Positions 39,977 to 54,177 of a stretch of DNA of 64,000 nt are shown here, in pieces. The notes under the pieces are model-generated. The model did not search any database, was not told where the DNA came from, and worked only from the letters and a program-made list of their open reading frames with translations. This stretch comes from Takakia lepidozioides. Its lineage: Eukaryota > Plantae > Bryophyta. The position numbers and the translations under genes were made by a program. Each line of letters begins with the position of its first letter. The stretch's first letter is position 1. The stretch is taken from contig CM060733.1 in assembly GCA_030704615.1 (NCBI GenBank), forward strand, positions 75,702,001 through 75,766,000, written 5' to 3'.

Positions 39977-42750
39977 GTCATGGGGCACCATGATGGTTGG
40001 AAACTATTCAGCTCCTTGGCCTTTCTTTTTGTTCCAGAACTCTTTCACTCTATTATCAAGGGGTTTCTGCTAGGACCCTGTTTATTCAATTTTTTGGTAG
40101 GGTTGTCGGGATAGGTGCAGGAATGGTCGAGGTGAACATATCTGACATTCTTTTTGTAACTACTGTAATCATTTTCATCTCAGATGAGAATGCTTGTGGA
40201 TATCCATTCCAGAGTTTCACAATGCCATTGGCTTTGTTGTTGGGAAGAGCTTGTAAGGGGAATATGGAGCCTCCATTGACTCTGACTGTGCAGTCTGGGC
40301 GATTCTGTGGTCCCCAGATGGAGGAAGAGTCCCTTCCACCACTTCTTATGTCTAAGTTGAGTGTATTTTTGGTGAATATATATGAGCTGCTTAGTACATT
40401 TATGAGCACCAAGTCAAAAGTTGGAGTGTGCTGTGAGTGTCACCTTGCAACCCTGCTGTACACCAATAACCTCAGCGACAACCTTGGCAACTGAAGTTCT
40501 GAATCCACACAGAAACAACCTGACAATCAACCTGGAAAAGGTTTCTTTTCTTTTTGCTTTAATGTCTTTGTTGATAGAAAGATGTTGTAGAACCCCAGGT
40601 ATCTCAGCTCAATGTCGTTGGTCATGAATTCCAAGTAGTGCCTTTAAATCATAAAAAACTGGTGTATCTTTGTGAATGGTTCCGGAATGTCGCAAATTGA
40701 TTGTAACTGCATAATATTCATCTGAATATATTTTCTTTCTGTGCACCTAGTAAACAGTTTGGTTAGGATGACTAATAGGGGCACCGGTAATCTTGAGCCA
40801 GCTGATAGCTGGGCCATCCCCATTGTAGTGTGACACGGAGAGCCGAAACCAAAAGATTATCAGGATGCTTTGGTGGGGGGGAGAAGTTGCCTTAGCACAT
40901 CACCTTCCTGGAAATGTTTCAGATTTCCACAGACGGGGTAATTTTGTAGGAGACTCCTATTTACATTGCCCACACCAAGTCATGGGCTTCCTATGAGCAA
41001 GTGGGTAGGCAATAGGCAAGGGACCCCGGTAGGGTGTCCTTTCTACTTTTGAAGATGCATTTTGAGGTCCTCCAAGCCTTGAATGAGATCTTTTTTCCTT
41101 GTCGAATTCCACGGCTAATGCCTTCCCAGAGCCACAAGAATGCATGTGGCACTGTCTCTCATCTATCCTCAAAGGACTTGATGGTTTCGTGTTTCTTCCT
41201 CTCATGTGACCACAAACTTGGAGATGATTCAAGCGCTGCAACTGATGTTCCTCTAGTTGTCTCTCTCCACCAAACTTTGTGGTAATATTCTGAGTACTAT
41301 TATTACAAGTATTCTACAAGAGACTCAATTGGTACCTACTAGACTGGCACCCAAATCTTGATGGTCGGTGGCCGCCCCAGTGTCAGAGAGCAGTCGTGGT
41401 CAACTGCCTGCACTTTCCTGCAATCACACCTTCATTGTGTTTGAACTTTGTACTGCACTGCCCTGTCCCATGTTGGTGTCTCTGATTGCTGCTCAATGCT
41501 CATAATGCAAGCCGAGGAGTTCTATTTGGTCTGCCGCTACAGGCTGTGGCTGCTCATCACGCTTATCTACCGATATGAGAGAAACATATATACCCACGAC
41601 AGAAGGGTTCTTAAACACACAAATGTGTGCATGATCTGGCTCTCCGGGGGTTTAAAATTGTTTCCCCTCCAATGATTCTGGGTAAGTTTTGTGAAGGCGG
41701 GGTAGAAAAGAACGAGACGGTGATTCAAGACATCAAAAGCTCCGCTGGGCCCCGGATTTATAGAGATATGCAAGGTGCACACACACGGAGCAAGAGAAGG
41801 GACGACAGACAGGCAGAACACACATGGCCGCGGTGAATCAGGCAATCTGGAAAGGCAGCTTCTCACAGTAATGCGGCTTGTCTTTTCCAGCACTTGTGGT
41901 CATGCATGCAAGAATATAGGCGTGCAACGCGCTGCTTTGACTGGCCCGCTCAGAACCTTGTTGGGTCCTCCACCATGGCTGACATGAGCAAGAAGAAAAA
42001 GTATGTACTGCGGCACAATTCATACATACTTCATCCTCAACAACAACAACATTTTGATTCATACCTCTCTCTAGGTACTAGCAGGTGAGCTGTACAAACA
42101 ACTTTGACGCCGACAATTTGGGTCGTGTACAACGACTCGTAAAAAAACAAATAAGAGGGTTTTATGGCATACTGGACACCGTCCAAGTAGTCACACAAGA
42201 CGAGAGAGGCTGGCTGTGCACACCCAAGAAGTACTGCATTCTTTGCTGTTGTGTCCAGACGGAAGCAAGTACCAATTTCTTATACGGAAGGAGCTCCGAG
42301 GAATGAATCGTGTTGACTGCAGAGTGATGATCCGGAGCTACTTTTGTCAACAGATCACCCCAACCCCAACTGCGAGAGCTGGCTGCCTGGGGACGAGGTA
42401 CCCAGTACGAAATTTGGGGTTGGCACTCCGTTGGATCCACAAACATTCCCCAATACACGTGGTTGTGTGAATGCCAATGGCAAGCTATCACAACCTCCAT
42501 CACTAGTGTTGCATCTGCCTGCTTCCTACTCATCCACATGTACACGAGTGAGTCCAAAACAGAAAGCGTGAGATGATGAGCTAGTTGGTTACAATCCGCA
42601 CAAGTGCAAAGCTGTTTTAGACTAAGTTATGTACATACATAATCCAACCCCAAAATGTGAACTAGTGTGATGCTGCTTATCTGCATCACAGCTGTTCACT
42701 CTCAACTATTATCGCGTGGGCCCGGGTCGATAATTGTAATAATTGAGTGC

Positions 42751-43133
42751 TGTTGGAAATCAACTCCTTACCAAGTTACCTCTACTCAGAGTTGATGTGA
42801 TGACAAGTTAGACTTCAATAATAGCAATGTTGCAAATCAAATCAAATCACAGTTAACAATAGAGAAAAGTCTCAGTTAGTTAAAGATTAAGTTATTATTA
42901 GCGACTCAAGTTATTAGTGACTCAAGTGAGTGTACCAGAATAGAAGTTGGAGATAACTCAAGTTAAGCATGGTGTTATGCTATAGTTATCTCAGCTATTC
43001 CTGGAATAGGCTTTGAGTATAAATGGGGAGAGCTCGGAGGGGGTGATACACAACATGTTGTGGTCCTATGGTTGGGTAGAGAGTTCTAGTAATCAATTCA
43101 TATTTTATCTCTATTCTCTGTCGAATTCCAACA
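42751..43133 (+). repeat. Copia 5' LTR
   Basis: TGTTGG...CCAACA; homologous to 46973-47332. Confidence 0.95.
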
Positions 43134-43145
43134 TGGTATCAGAGC
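43134..43145 (+). other. Primer-binding site (tRNA-iMet)
   Basis: TGGTATCAGAGC directly after the 5' LTR. Confidence 0.95.
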
Positions 43146-46100
43146 GAGGTTTTCTGTAAAAGATAGAGGGAGATGAGTATTTTATTCACAACCCATAGGT
43201 TTGAGTGCTTGGTGTTAGATTTGAAAATTTGAAGGTGTTTTGTACTTGGCAAAACATCAGACTATCATCATGACATCTTCTGCTTATCGTACCCGAGTCG
43301 AGATGGTCACAATTTTCATACATGGAAAATTAAGATGGAATGCATTCTTCTTGAGAAAGATCTGTGCGAGATAACATTAGGAGAAGCGGTTGCACCAGTT
43401 CAAGTGCAGCCTGAAGATGGAGAGATCATAGCCACAGGGATCACTTCTGAGCAACGACTTTTTGAGAAGAAATATAAGTTAACTTGAGGAACTATGGTGT
43501 TGAATGTGGCTGATTCAATACTTCATCATGTTGCACATGCTAAAACTGCTAAAGAAGTGTGGACCAATCTATGTATCAATTTTGAAAGTAAGCATGTCAT
43601 CAATCGGCTATATCTTAACCAAGAGTTGTAAGTTGGAGGAAGGAAGTTAAGTTTAAGAAGAAGAAACACGGGCTCTGTTTCTATTGTGGCATGAGAGGTC
43701 ATTATGCATGTGACTGCTTCAAGAAAAAGCTAGACAATGAGAAGAAGAAGTATCAAAGTGAGGTGTCAGCGGCAATTATGGCTGACAGAATTGAATTTCT
43801 TGTTGTAGTTTTGTCAATCTCTACAAGTTGTAGAGATGTATCATTGATTAAGTAACATCTCAACATATGACGTTCCAAAAGGAAGCATTCTCAACCTTCA
43901 AAGAACTGTATGTGGGTCACAAGGTGTATCTTGGAGACAGCAGTACTAGTCTTGATATCCATGAAAAAGTACTGTTGTGTTTCAATTATCATCTGGAGTG
44001 TCTAAAGGGATTGGATGAGTTCTTTTTGTTTCTGGATTGACAAATAACATGTTGTCAGTTAGTCAGCTAACTGAGCAAGGTCTTTACGGTTGAATTTTCT
44101 ACCAATCATTGTTGGGTGAAGATCGGCAATGAAGTGATAGCTGAGGCAGTGCAAGATGCAAGATTGTACAAGCTGGTTGGGGCTGTCCAGGCTTTACATG
44201 CAGATTGTAATACTACTCTAGTCAAGCAGAGTGACATCTGGCATCAGAAACTTGGACATGTCTCAATGCAAAGTTTGGCATGCATGTCAGCTAACAATTT
44301 GGTTGAAGGCATGGATCTTATATGAGATCAAATGTTGAGTTTTTGTGACGAATGTGTGTATGGTAAACACCATTGCAACTCATTTCCAAAAGATGGAGGT
44401 TCTCGAGTAAAGAAGGTTTTGGAGCTAGTGCATACAGATCTATACGGTCCTATGATAACTGAATCTCATGGAGGTGCAAAGTATTTATTGACCTTCATTG
44501 ATGATTTTTCCAGGAAACCATTTCTCTACACGATGCAAAACAAGTCTGGAGTTCTCAACAGGTTCAAAATGTTCAAAGCTTTGGTGGATAGAAAATATCA
44601 AAACACTTCGTGTGATGGAGGTGGTTAGTACATCTCAAAGAATTTTAATCAGTCCTGTAAGGAGAATGGTATTGTGAAACAATCAACCACACCATATACG
44701 CCGCCAGAGCATAATCACAATTGTTGAAAGTGTGAGGTGTATGTTGCAACATATGAGGTTGGACCACCGTTTTTCGGCAGAAGCAGTGGCGACTGCAACA
44801 TATCTCCATAATCGACTTCCTACTAAGACAATCTCTACAAAGACACCTGAAGAGGTTTGGAAGGGTGAGAACTTTTAATTGATCATTTGCACGTCTTTGG
44901 GTGTGTTGCATTTGCCAATGTTCCAAAAGAGGTAAGGAAGAAATTAGATGCAAAAACAATCAAGTGTATCTTCATTGGTTATTGTGAAGAGACCAAAGGA
45001 TATAAGTTGTATAACCCTGAGAGCAAGTATGTAATCATCAGTCGTGATGTTATATTCAATGAGTCTAGGAACTTTCATCAAGAAACAGTAGTTCCAAGTT
45101 TGGACCATGAAAAAGAGAACTTGGCTCTAACTCATAAAGATAAAATGGGATGTTGAGGATATTGTTGAGGTTCAGATGGAGGAGATACAATCTACTATGA
45201 TTGAAAAACCGTCAAACGTTTCTTCTACCTATTTCATTGACAGTGATGAACCTCAAAGTGTGTCAGATGCAATGAGGAGTGGAAATTCTTCACACTAGAA
45301 GAAAGCTATGGCATCTGAGTTTCAGTCTCTTTAGGATAATAAGACTTGAAGTCTTGTTAAACTTCCACCTGGACGACAGCCTGTTGGCTGCAAATGGATT
45401 TTCAAGGTTAAGTACAATGTAGATGGTTCTGTAGCAAGGTACAAAGCTCGTTTGGTTGCAAAGGGATTTTCACAAATTGAAGGTATTGATTACAATGAAA
45501 CCTTCTACCCATTGCACGGATGGAGTCAATTCGAGTGATTCTTGCGTTTGCTATCGTTGAAAATCTTGAGGTACATCAGATATTGGATGTATGTACAACC
45601 TTTCTCAATGGAGATCTTGTGGAAGAAATATATATGGACCAGCCAGAGGGATTTGTTGTAAAAGGGAAAGAGATGATGGTGTGTAAACTCCTCAAGTCCT
45701 TGTATGGTTTGAAGCAATCCCCTAGGGCATGGAATGACAAGATTGATGCATATTTCATGGCTGAAGAGTTTGAGAGGAGCTCTGCTGATTATAGTGTTTA
45801 CTATAAGAGGGCTCATGGAAACTCTTTTGTGATCATAACATTGTATGTTGACGATCTGATTTTGGTCTCTAATGACTTGGCTTTGTTGAAAAAGACAAAG
45901 AGTGATATCTCAAAGAAGTTTGAGATGGTAGATCTGAAAAAGATCTAGTACTGCTTAGGGGTATCGGTATCTCATGTTCGACAAGACCGAGCGATTTATC
46001 TGAACCAGCGTAAGTATCTTGAAGATATCTTAAGGCGCTTCGGTATGGCTGAAAGTATGTCGGTAAATACCCCGTTTGTTCCAAATTGCAAACTCTAAAA

Positions 46101-46972
46101 GGAAATGAGTCCTAAGAATGCTGCAGACTTGGAGACAATGAGAAATGTTCCCTATTAGAGTGTTGTGGGAAGTCTCATGTATGCAATGGTCTGTACTAGG
46201 CCAAATATTGCACAAGCACTGGGGGTCGTAAGCCAATTTGTGGCTAACCCTGTGCAACTCCATTGGGTTGCAGTAAAGCGAATTTTCCGTTATCTGAGAT
46301 GCACATTGGACTATGGTCTATGCTTGAGAAATAACAATGATAAAGTTGGGTTGTCCAACCAAGTGGATTCATATGGTATCTTAAATAGTGCTTCCAAAAT
46401 CACAGTGCTATACGGCTATTGTAATGCAGACTGGGCTGGTAATGTTGATGACTGTCATTCTACATCTGACTATGTCTTATGCTAGCAAATGGAGCTGTTA
46501 GCTAGAGCTGCAAGAAGCAATCTACAATTGCTATGTCCTCAAATGAGGCGAAATATATGGCTATATCTCAAACTACAAGGCAGACATTGTGGTTATCATC
46601 ATTTCTCTCTTCTATTGGTCGTCCACAGAAGGATACCATGGTCATATATGATGACAACCAAGGGTATATTGCTCTCTCGAAGAATCCAACTTTTCATGCT
46701 CGCATAAAGCATATTGAGATTCATCATCACCTGGTACGAGAGAAGACTGAAGCTGGAATTGTCAAATTGATATATATTGCGACAGGCAGAGAGGTCTCCC
46801 ACCATAAGGCCCGAAGTTTTACTCCAGTTGACTTTAAATCCAGATGCATTGCACATAAATTACAACAACATGGTTGCAGATATACTGGTCCAAAAGGACT
46901 TAGTGCTGAAAAACATGAACGCTTTCGAGGTTTGATGGGAGTAGTTAAGTGTTTAACTTGGTTGAATGGGGG

Positions 46973-47332
46973 TGTTGGAAATCAACTCTTTACCACGTTA
47001 CCGCTACTTAAAATTACTCTGATGACAAGTCAGACCTCAATAATAGCAGTGCTGACAAGTCACAGTTAACAATAGAGATAAGCCTCAGTTAGCTAAAATT
47101 AACTTCAGTTATTAGTGACTCCAGTCAGTGTACTGGAATAGAAGTTGGAGATAACTCAAGTTAAGCATGGTGTTATGCTATAGTTATCTCAGTTATTCCT
47201 AGAATAGAGTTTGAGTATAAATAGGGAGAGCTCGGAGGGGTGGATACACAGCATGTTGTGGTCATATGGTTGGGCGGAGAATTCTCAGTAATCAATTCAT
47301 CTTTTAGCTTTATTCTCTGTCGAATTCCACCA
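46973..47332 (+). repeat. Copia 3' LTR
   Basis: Preceded by the purine tract GAATGGGGG; TGTTGG...CCACCA, then the TSD. Confidence 0.95.
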
Positions 47333-47555
47333 AGTGCTAAGGTAAAACCATTGCATGCACTCAGGCATAATAATATTAATAAACAGGGCCATTCTGCTTA
47401 TATCTCATTTTAGACATGCCATTGTCTGTTCATATTAGCGTCTTAAAGACGCGTGTCTTCCGACAACGGTCGGTGGAGACCTCCCTCCGGCCGGACCTCC
47501 TTCCATTGCCAAGCCGAGTCTAGTCTAGTGATCAAGGACATACATCGCTTCACTA

Positions 47556-47660
47556 GTGGTTGTGGGTTCGAACCACATGTTGGATGTCAAGAAGGTGTCC
47601 GAGTTCCACTGGAAGGTAAAAGACACCATAATTTAGACTTGCTGAAGATGAGACGTCCAT
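47556..47660 (+). mobile_element. 5'-truncated copy of the tRNA-derived SINE
   Basis: tggttgtgggttcgaaccac..ggtgtcc..ggaagg..gacaccataa matches the copies at 49457 and 62604. Confidence 0.65.
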
Positions 47661-48492
47661 ATTTTATTTTTCACAAAATCCTCTTAGATTAATGTCAATA
47701 AATATGACTGATATTAGATTAATATCCAAAAATTTAAAAGTGGAATTTATGACAAGCGTAGTAGTTAAGTGGTTATTCTAATATGGTCATGATATGGTTG
47801 TAACTTATTTTGAAACATGTATGTGCACTAAAAGTAACCATCTCTACGTCCAATAATTTTATGTTTTTATTTTGGAAAAAAAATTAATTCTGTATGTCCA
47901 TGATAGAAAAAAGGGAACCTCTCTCAACTGGCGCCACAAGAGAGCAAGAGATCAGAAGCTCAAAATGCAGCTCAAGTTCTGAATTTGCTGAAATTTACAT
48001 CATTTTCCAAATCTGCAACTGTCTTGCATAAGGACTCCCTTTTGTAGGCTATGCTCCTTTCCTGTAGGCTAAGCTTAGCGGCCTCCCCCCATTCCCCCAC
48101 TCACTCTTATTCACCACAATTCCCTCCCCGCTCCCAGCTCTCAACATCTGCTCTCGCTCTTATATATTTGGTTACGGGGCAGTTTCCCCTAGCACTAGCT
48201 TGCTTAGTTTCTTGATCACGGGATAGTTTCCCCACAGTAAGCCTTCACGGCCTGAACGGTGGTTATTTTTTCTACCAAACACTTCTTATGTTTTCTCGGA
48301 CTTTTAGGTCATTTTGCTATAAAGTTAAATGAGGCCATTGTCCCTCTTTCTTTAGAATTATTTTAAATGAAAAAATAAAAAATGTAGCTGCAACGTGAAG
48401 TGGCTCTTTAGTTACATCAGCTTTGACAAGAGTCTTCTTTTTCTTTTCTTTTTTCTTAAGAAAATAAAAGGGGATGGAGGCATATGAAGCTC

Positions 48493-48960
48493 GATTCCGG
48501 CACCGGGCCATGATTCCCCTTCCCCTACTGGGATTACCTTTGAAGTGGGGATTATAGTCAGCAAAGCAGGCCTTCCAAGAAGACATAATCTATACCAGAA
48601 GAACCAATGAGGCTACACATCTAGCTCACTTTACATTCTCATCATATATACAATCTAGCACATCAATCGTACATTGTTGAGATCAAACCACCACTACCTC
48701 CAGGCCCACGTGACTCGTTTAAATAGAAGTGCCAAAGCTTAATCAGGAATGACAGGTGTCATGCTTTAGCTGGCTGCTTAGATTACAATTCATGTCATCA
48801 TCCATAGATCAGCTGCTGCTTAGGATAACCATCTAATCTGAAAGTAGTTGTTATAATAAAAAAAGATACTTAATTAAAAATAGGTTCATCCAACGCGAAG
48901 TCATCCCTTTCCACCTACTAACTGTCCATCCATAATGGGGAATAAGAGAAGGGAAGGAAT
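48493..48960. repeat. ~465-bp dispersed direct repeat, copy 1
   Basis: Highly similar to 54178-54642 (gggattacctttgaa...gaagggaaggaat). Confidence 0.9.
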
Positions 48961-51900
48961 ACGTATTGACAAACTGAAAAATAAAACGGCGGTAGTGAGA
49001 ATCTAAGCCAAGAAAGGCTTTGACACATTGTTTGTCGCGAGGAATGGGTACTCCCATGCAGCTTGAATCTTGCTGGGGTCAGGGATGATGCCAACAGCTG
49101 AAAGCAGGTGGCCCAGGAAGTATAAGTTCTCCATACAAAAATCGCACTTCGTAGCTTTGACTTTGAGTCTTGCAGCCCTGAATCTGCACATTACTCTTTG
49201 CAAATCCAATAGGTGAGTCTCAAAGTTTGTGGAGTAAACATTGATGTCATCAATGTAGACAAAAGCACATTCCCAATGGAAATTGCCCAAAATGACATCC
49301 ATTAAACGCTGGAATGTAGCAGTGGCGTTGCAAAGCCCGAAAGACATTGTTGGCAAACTGGTACATGCCCATTCTATAAGTAAAGGCCGTTTTTTCTTTG
49401 GCAGCAGCTGCCAAAGGCACTTGCCAAAAGCCAATTGCAAGATCCAGCGAAGAAAAAGGTGGACGCGTTGCCGAAGCAAGTGTAACTTATGGTGTCACTT
49501 GACCCCATAGGGCTACTGCCTTCCGATGGGAATTAGGTGGACACCGTAATGACTTCCAACAGGTGGATTGAACCCACAACCATGCGTGAGAGGGTATGTG
49601 CCCTTACCACTGGGCTACATGCTGGTTGTCTCCAGCGAAGAAAAGATGGTAGGCGCACCATTTAATTGATCCAAAGTCTCATTGATTTGAGGCAAAGGGT
49701 ATACATTTCTCTTGGTAATTGCATTCAAACGTCAAAAGTCAACACAAAAAACGGGTGGACCCATCCTTTTGCCTACTAAAACGATCGGACTAGCCCAAGG
49801 TGATATAGAAGGAGTAATCACACCAGCAACAAGTATGCAACTTATTTCTTCTTGTATGACTTTGCGCTCACGGACACTCTCATGGTAGGCATATTGTTTA
49901 ATTGCTTTACCTTCAGTGATAATGTCGTATTGCAGGATGTCAGTTCTACCCAGATCATGAGGCCCTTGGCTAAGGATATCAAAGTTACGTTGTATAAATT
50001 GATGAAATCGAACCTTGTGGTCTTCAGTGAAATGATCTCCCACCTTAATGTCATGAAGCACCTGTTGGAAGTGAGTCTCCTGATTTGGAGTGAGGGCTGT
50101 GGAAGCAACTGGCCCCTTATGGTCTGCAAAGGCTTGCAACTGATCGGTAGGTGAGTCCACCATCCTATGTCCTGCAAACTCAAGGCACCCTGAACAGAGG
50201 ACATATCTGAGAGTGGCAGGGCTGTCAGTCGAGCAAGAACCTGACCTTTGCGAATGTTAACATTGATCCGTTCAGGATTGGCAATCAGCAAACGAACCTC
50301 TCCTTCAAAAACCTCGGTCAGTGACTCCGGATACAATCAGGCAGTGTTTCTGCAAGGTTAGTTTTTTCCAACCCTCCACTTCAAGGGAATAACCTTGGGG
50401 ACAAACAAAGGAGTTTTTGGACGCCGGTAAGGGTGGACCACCTTTTTTACCCGGAGAGGGGAATTGCCATTGATGTAAGCAATCAGCATTTGCAGCTTTA
50501 AATTGACTGAATCTAGACCAGTTGTATAAGTGAAAACCCACCTGTTCACGCATCGTGTCAACCTGCACTTTTATTTTAGCATAATTAGCCATGGAAGTAC
50601 CAGCAGCAAGTGTAACAGGAGCAAGGGTGACCTTGTATGGATTGCCTTCGCCATTACGTAGCCACATAACACTGCCCAAGACGTCAATACTGGGGCCCCT
50701 TTCATCTAGCCTCTAGAGGCCCAACAAAAACTATTCACCCAGTGTGACAATGCAAGTCAGTACTATAGTTTTTCCACTAACTCAAATGGGCAGAGTAACT
50801 AATCCAATGGGCTCGTATGTTGTACCGTCAGCAATAGTGACTTCTAGGCCTTTGGCAGATTGGAGTTTGAGGCCCAATACACGAACCACACTGAGGGGAA
50901 TGGCGGACATAGTGCAACCTCTGTCAATGATATAGAAAAAGGAAAGATGACCCACATGGCATTGTGTCATCAAAGGATGGACACGAATTCTACTGACCTT
51001 CCTGAGGGCTTCACAGTGGAGAAGCTTGAAGTCATGGGACAACACTGCACTCACCATTGCTTTAGGGTTCTGAAGCTAATCGTCTGGCACCCTCACAGAC
51101 GACCGTGGTCGTTTAAAGCCCCTTTATATGTTTTCTCCTTCTCAAATTGTTCAATGAGGGCTGGCAACTGGGACATATATGGGCAGAACCTGGTGTAATG
51201 GTCAGTAGACTTATAGATCATACAAGCAGAAGCTGAGTTTTTGTTCTCATACCTAGCCCAAGTGTGCATGGTGCCCCGATAACCAGCCCTAGTGTTAGCA
51301 GGGCCTTGGCAGCTTGATTGATCAGACCTAGAAGCCCGCTAGCCGACCTCATCACTTTACATGACCATGATCTGGTCTTGCACTTCATTGCGAAGTGCTT
51401 GCATCTCATGCACAATTGTGGGAAGTAGCTTGAATCTGCAGTGTTCTTAACCCCAGAATGCCCGTCAGTTAGGTCAATGCCTCTGTAATCGCTTCACAGT
51501 TGTGTCTGTCGGGAGGGCTGATGAGTCATGCCAGCTGTGGCAGCTTTGAGGCGGAGCCTCTCTTCAACAAGCCCCACCATCTCATCTTCATATTGATAAC
51601 TCTGTTTTTGCATAAAGATTTGTTCAGCTGGGGGCAACCCCTTGATGAAGTAGTGCTTCATGATCGCAGAACGCTCAAAAAGAATATTGAAAACTGTACA
51701 CACGGCTATTATACGTAAGTCAGTGTAATATTTCCATAAGCTGTCACCAGGTATGAACACCAAGTTAGGAATTGTGTAAGCTATGGGCTGGTCAGCACGA
51801 AACAGTCTACTAGTCAATCCCTTTGCCTCATCCCAAGTCAATTCTTATTTGTCCCGAATGCTAGATTCAAGATCTTTCTAGCCTCATCTTTCAAACAGAC

Positions 51901-52680
51901 CCGGAATGACTTGACATTCATGAACTTCTGGGGAACTGAATTTATCTCTCTGCTAATCTCAAAAAACTCCAAGAATGACTCAAATCTTCACCCAAATTGT
52001 ACTCAGGGTATTGTTGTTTGTGCATTTTGTCTGCAGAATCAACTGACTTGGTCACAGAGTTCCCCGAACTGTTTTGATTGATTAACATTTTCATGAGGGG
52101 AGGACAGTTTGAGATAACCCCCATGGCCTCACACAGTTCATCAACATCCACTGCTGGCTCTTGTGTTACCTTGGTGCCCTACTCTTTAACATTCCCAGTG
52201 GACTCTCCTTGATCAGTCCTCTCTCTCTCATTGGCAGCAGACAATTCCCTTTAATCTACAGCAACACGTGCCTCTAACTCACTCAGCCCTATCATCTCCT
52301 TAGACTCTTTCTCTAACATAGCCCTTGTATACACAGACATGTGGGAAGAAATAATATGTTTTACCTTCTATCAGTAGGTGCCCTCACGTATTCTTCCCAA
52401 TTGGTTATGCAGTGTGAGCTGATGTAACAGTGTTTGTGCAGTAGGTATATTGCTTCACCAAGTTGCTGCCACACCTCATGGTCAATCTTCAGTCAGAACG
52501 ACACTCTTACCATAGTACGCATTATTTTCTCTTTCACTACAGCTAGGGTGTGTGGAGGATACTCAGTGGCCTCAGCCAAGTTGCACAACCCCAGATGCTC
52601 CTGCTTATAATTATCACTAGGGAAGATGACAACATTGATGCTGCTCCCGAGGAAGTCACTTCCATTTTTTTCCAAACGGC
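48961..52680 (-). mobile_element. Ty3/Gypsy retrotransposon fragment related to 11490-15955
   Basis: Gag YPEYNLGED; protease IIDRGCTMSAIPL; dUTPase-like region; RT PWASPIVLV..FGLCNATATFQRLMD..VYIDDI..FLGH; truncated before RNase H and integrase. Confidence 0.88.
49457..49630 (-). mobile_element. tRNA-derived SINE inserted in the Gypsy RT
   Basis: A box TAGCCCAGTGG, B box GGTTCAATCC; 14-bp TSD TCCAGCGAAGAAAA at 49443-49456 and 49631-49644. Confidence 0.88.
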
Positions 52681-53380
52681 GTGCAAAAAAACATAGGGTA
52701 ACATATATTCTTTGAAGATAAAATTTAAAATATTTTTAGAAATAAAATTGGGTGTCCTTATTTGTGGATACCATATTAAAATAAAAATAGGGTTATGAAT
52801 ATATGCTCCAATTATATATTTTTAGCACTAATATAGGGGTGCCACAATGGCGAGAGACCTATGTCCTTCATTATGTGGTATTATATATATTTGTGTTGAT
52901 ACCTCATAATGATTAGTTGGACCTTTATGACGAGACTTGGACTCGGCTTGGATGAGAAGATTTGGATACGATTTGATTTAGGGTTGCTTTATTTTCTTCT
53001 CACTTTGTTTTCTTCTCCAGCGCAAGAGTTCTGCTGCGCTAGTTGCTGACCTCACTGTGTTGCTGGAAGCTCCGATTTATTCACTTGCTGTAAGGTACCT
53101 CGCTCTTTTAACTAAAGAATATTTTTTACTCAATTCCTTATTCGTTTGATAGATACATTAGACTAGCATTGAGCAATAAAATATTTTGCACTCTAACAAA
53201 AATTTGTTTTGTTTTTATGTTACTATAGAATGTCAAACATTTGATGATTATAGTCAAATAAAAAAAAATAGCCTGCCAGATAATTGTGCATATTTCAAAA
53301 TTAAATAATTATATGGTGGATGAAATATATATATAATACCCCCATAGAAAATACCTATTTATGGCACGTGATTCCCTAAA

Positions 53381-54113
53381 CTATATAGGGAGTGACTTCC
53401 CCAAGATGCTGCTCTGGGGAAAGCGCTGCTCGAACACATCAGCCACTACTTCCTCCCCAGGTAGGCTCAGATTCAGGGCAACGCCGCTGGGGCGGAGGTT
53501 GGCCAAAACGATTGCAGTACCCCCTTTAATGAATTCCCACAGCCTCGCAGCCCACCTCTCGGGTGACAATGAACTGTGGAATGCCTACTTCAGCCCGGCT
53601 CAAAAGCTCACCAGCGCTCATGCGCTCCTCGATCACAGGAAGAGGCAATTTTTGTGAGATTTCATCGGCATGTAGCACTTGACACAACCTTCCCGCCCAA
53701 GCACCTTGCAGAGCCCTGTCGATCTTGCGCTGCTGCTCGCGTCTTTGGGCCTTGATGGCCGTAACGACTTAGGCTGCCTCCTCAGCCGCTTCTTCTTCAA
53801 ATTTCTTGACCCAAAAGCCCGAGGGAGTGTCAAGCTCGAGCTCAGGCCTAGGCCACGGCTCCCCTTTGTCGAACTCAATGTATTTGCGAATGTCATCACT
53901 CAAGCGCACTTGCAACTCATGAATGAAGGTCAACTCAAAATTGCGTTCTGCAGTGATCATCTCAGAGATGATAGGAGCAAATTTAGAAGACGACGCCATG
54001 GCTTGCAGCAAGTCTCTCTCGAGCTCAAACAACTTGGCAATGGATTCACAACAACGCAGAGCTTGTAGCGCCGCCATTGTGCCCTGACGCTCGTTATTCC
54101 GTGCCACAACCAA
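53381..54113 (-). pseudogene. Decayed ORF of unknown function downstream of the 465-bp repeat
   Basis: Protein-like segments MAALQALRCCESIAKLFELERDLL.. and SPERWAARLWEFIKGG.., broken by stops and frameshifts; no motif recognised. Confidence 0.35.
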
Positions 54114-54177
54114 TATCCTGCAATGATTAAAATAATCCGTTCATGGTAACGACTTGGTTACCCCGCATCTCCACCAC

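Larger units (their letters stand above)
42751..47332 (+). mobile_element. Full-length decayed Ty1/Copia LTR retrotransposon
   Basis: TSD AGTGC on both sides; two LTRs; integrase (WHQKLGH, CDEC, VHTDL), RT (LYGLKQSPRAW, LYVDDL) and RNase H (ADWAG, KHIEI) in Copia order; many stops. Confidence 0.96.

Noticed and set aside
39997-40627. ORFs downstream of PPD8
   Set aside because: No motifs; likely 3' UTR or intergenic sequence.
41590-42310. Possible LINE C-terminal remnant
   Set aside because: Only vague Cys/Trp patterns across broken frames; too weak to call.
48020-48281. Possible solo LTR
   Set aside because: TG and CA candidates exist but no matching TSD or second copy was found.
49540-49630. 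tRNA gene
   Set aside because: It has A and B boxes but also a non-tRNA tail and TSD, so it is a SINE.
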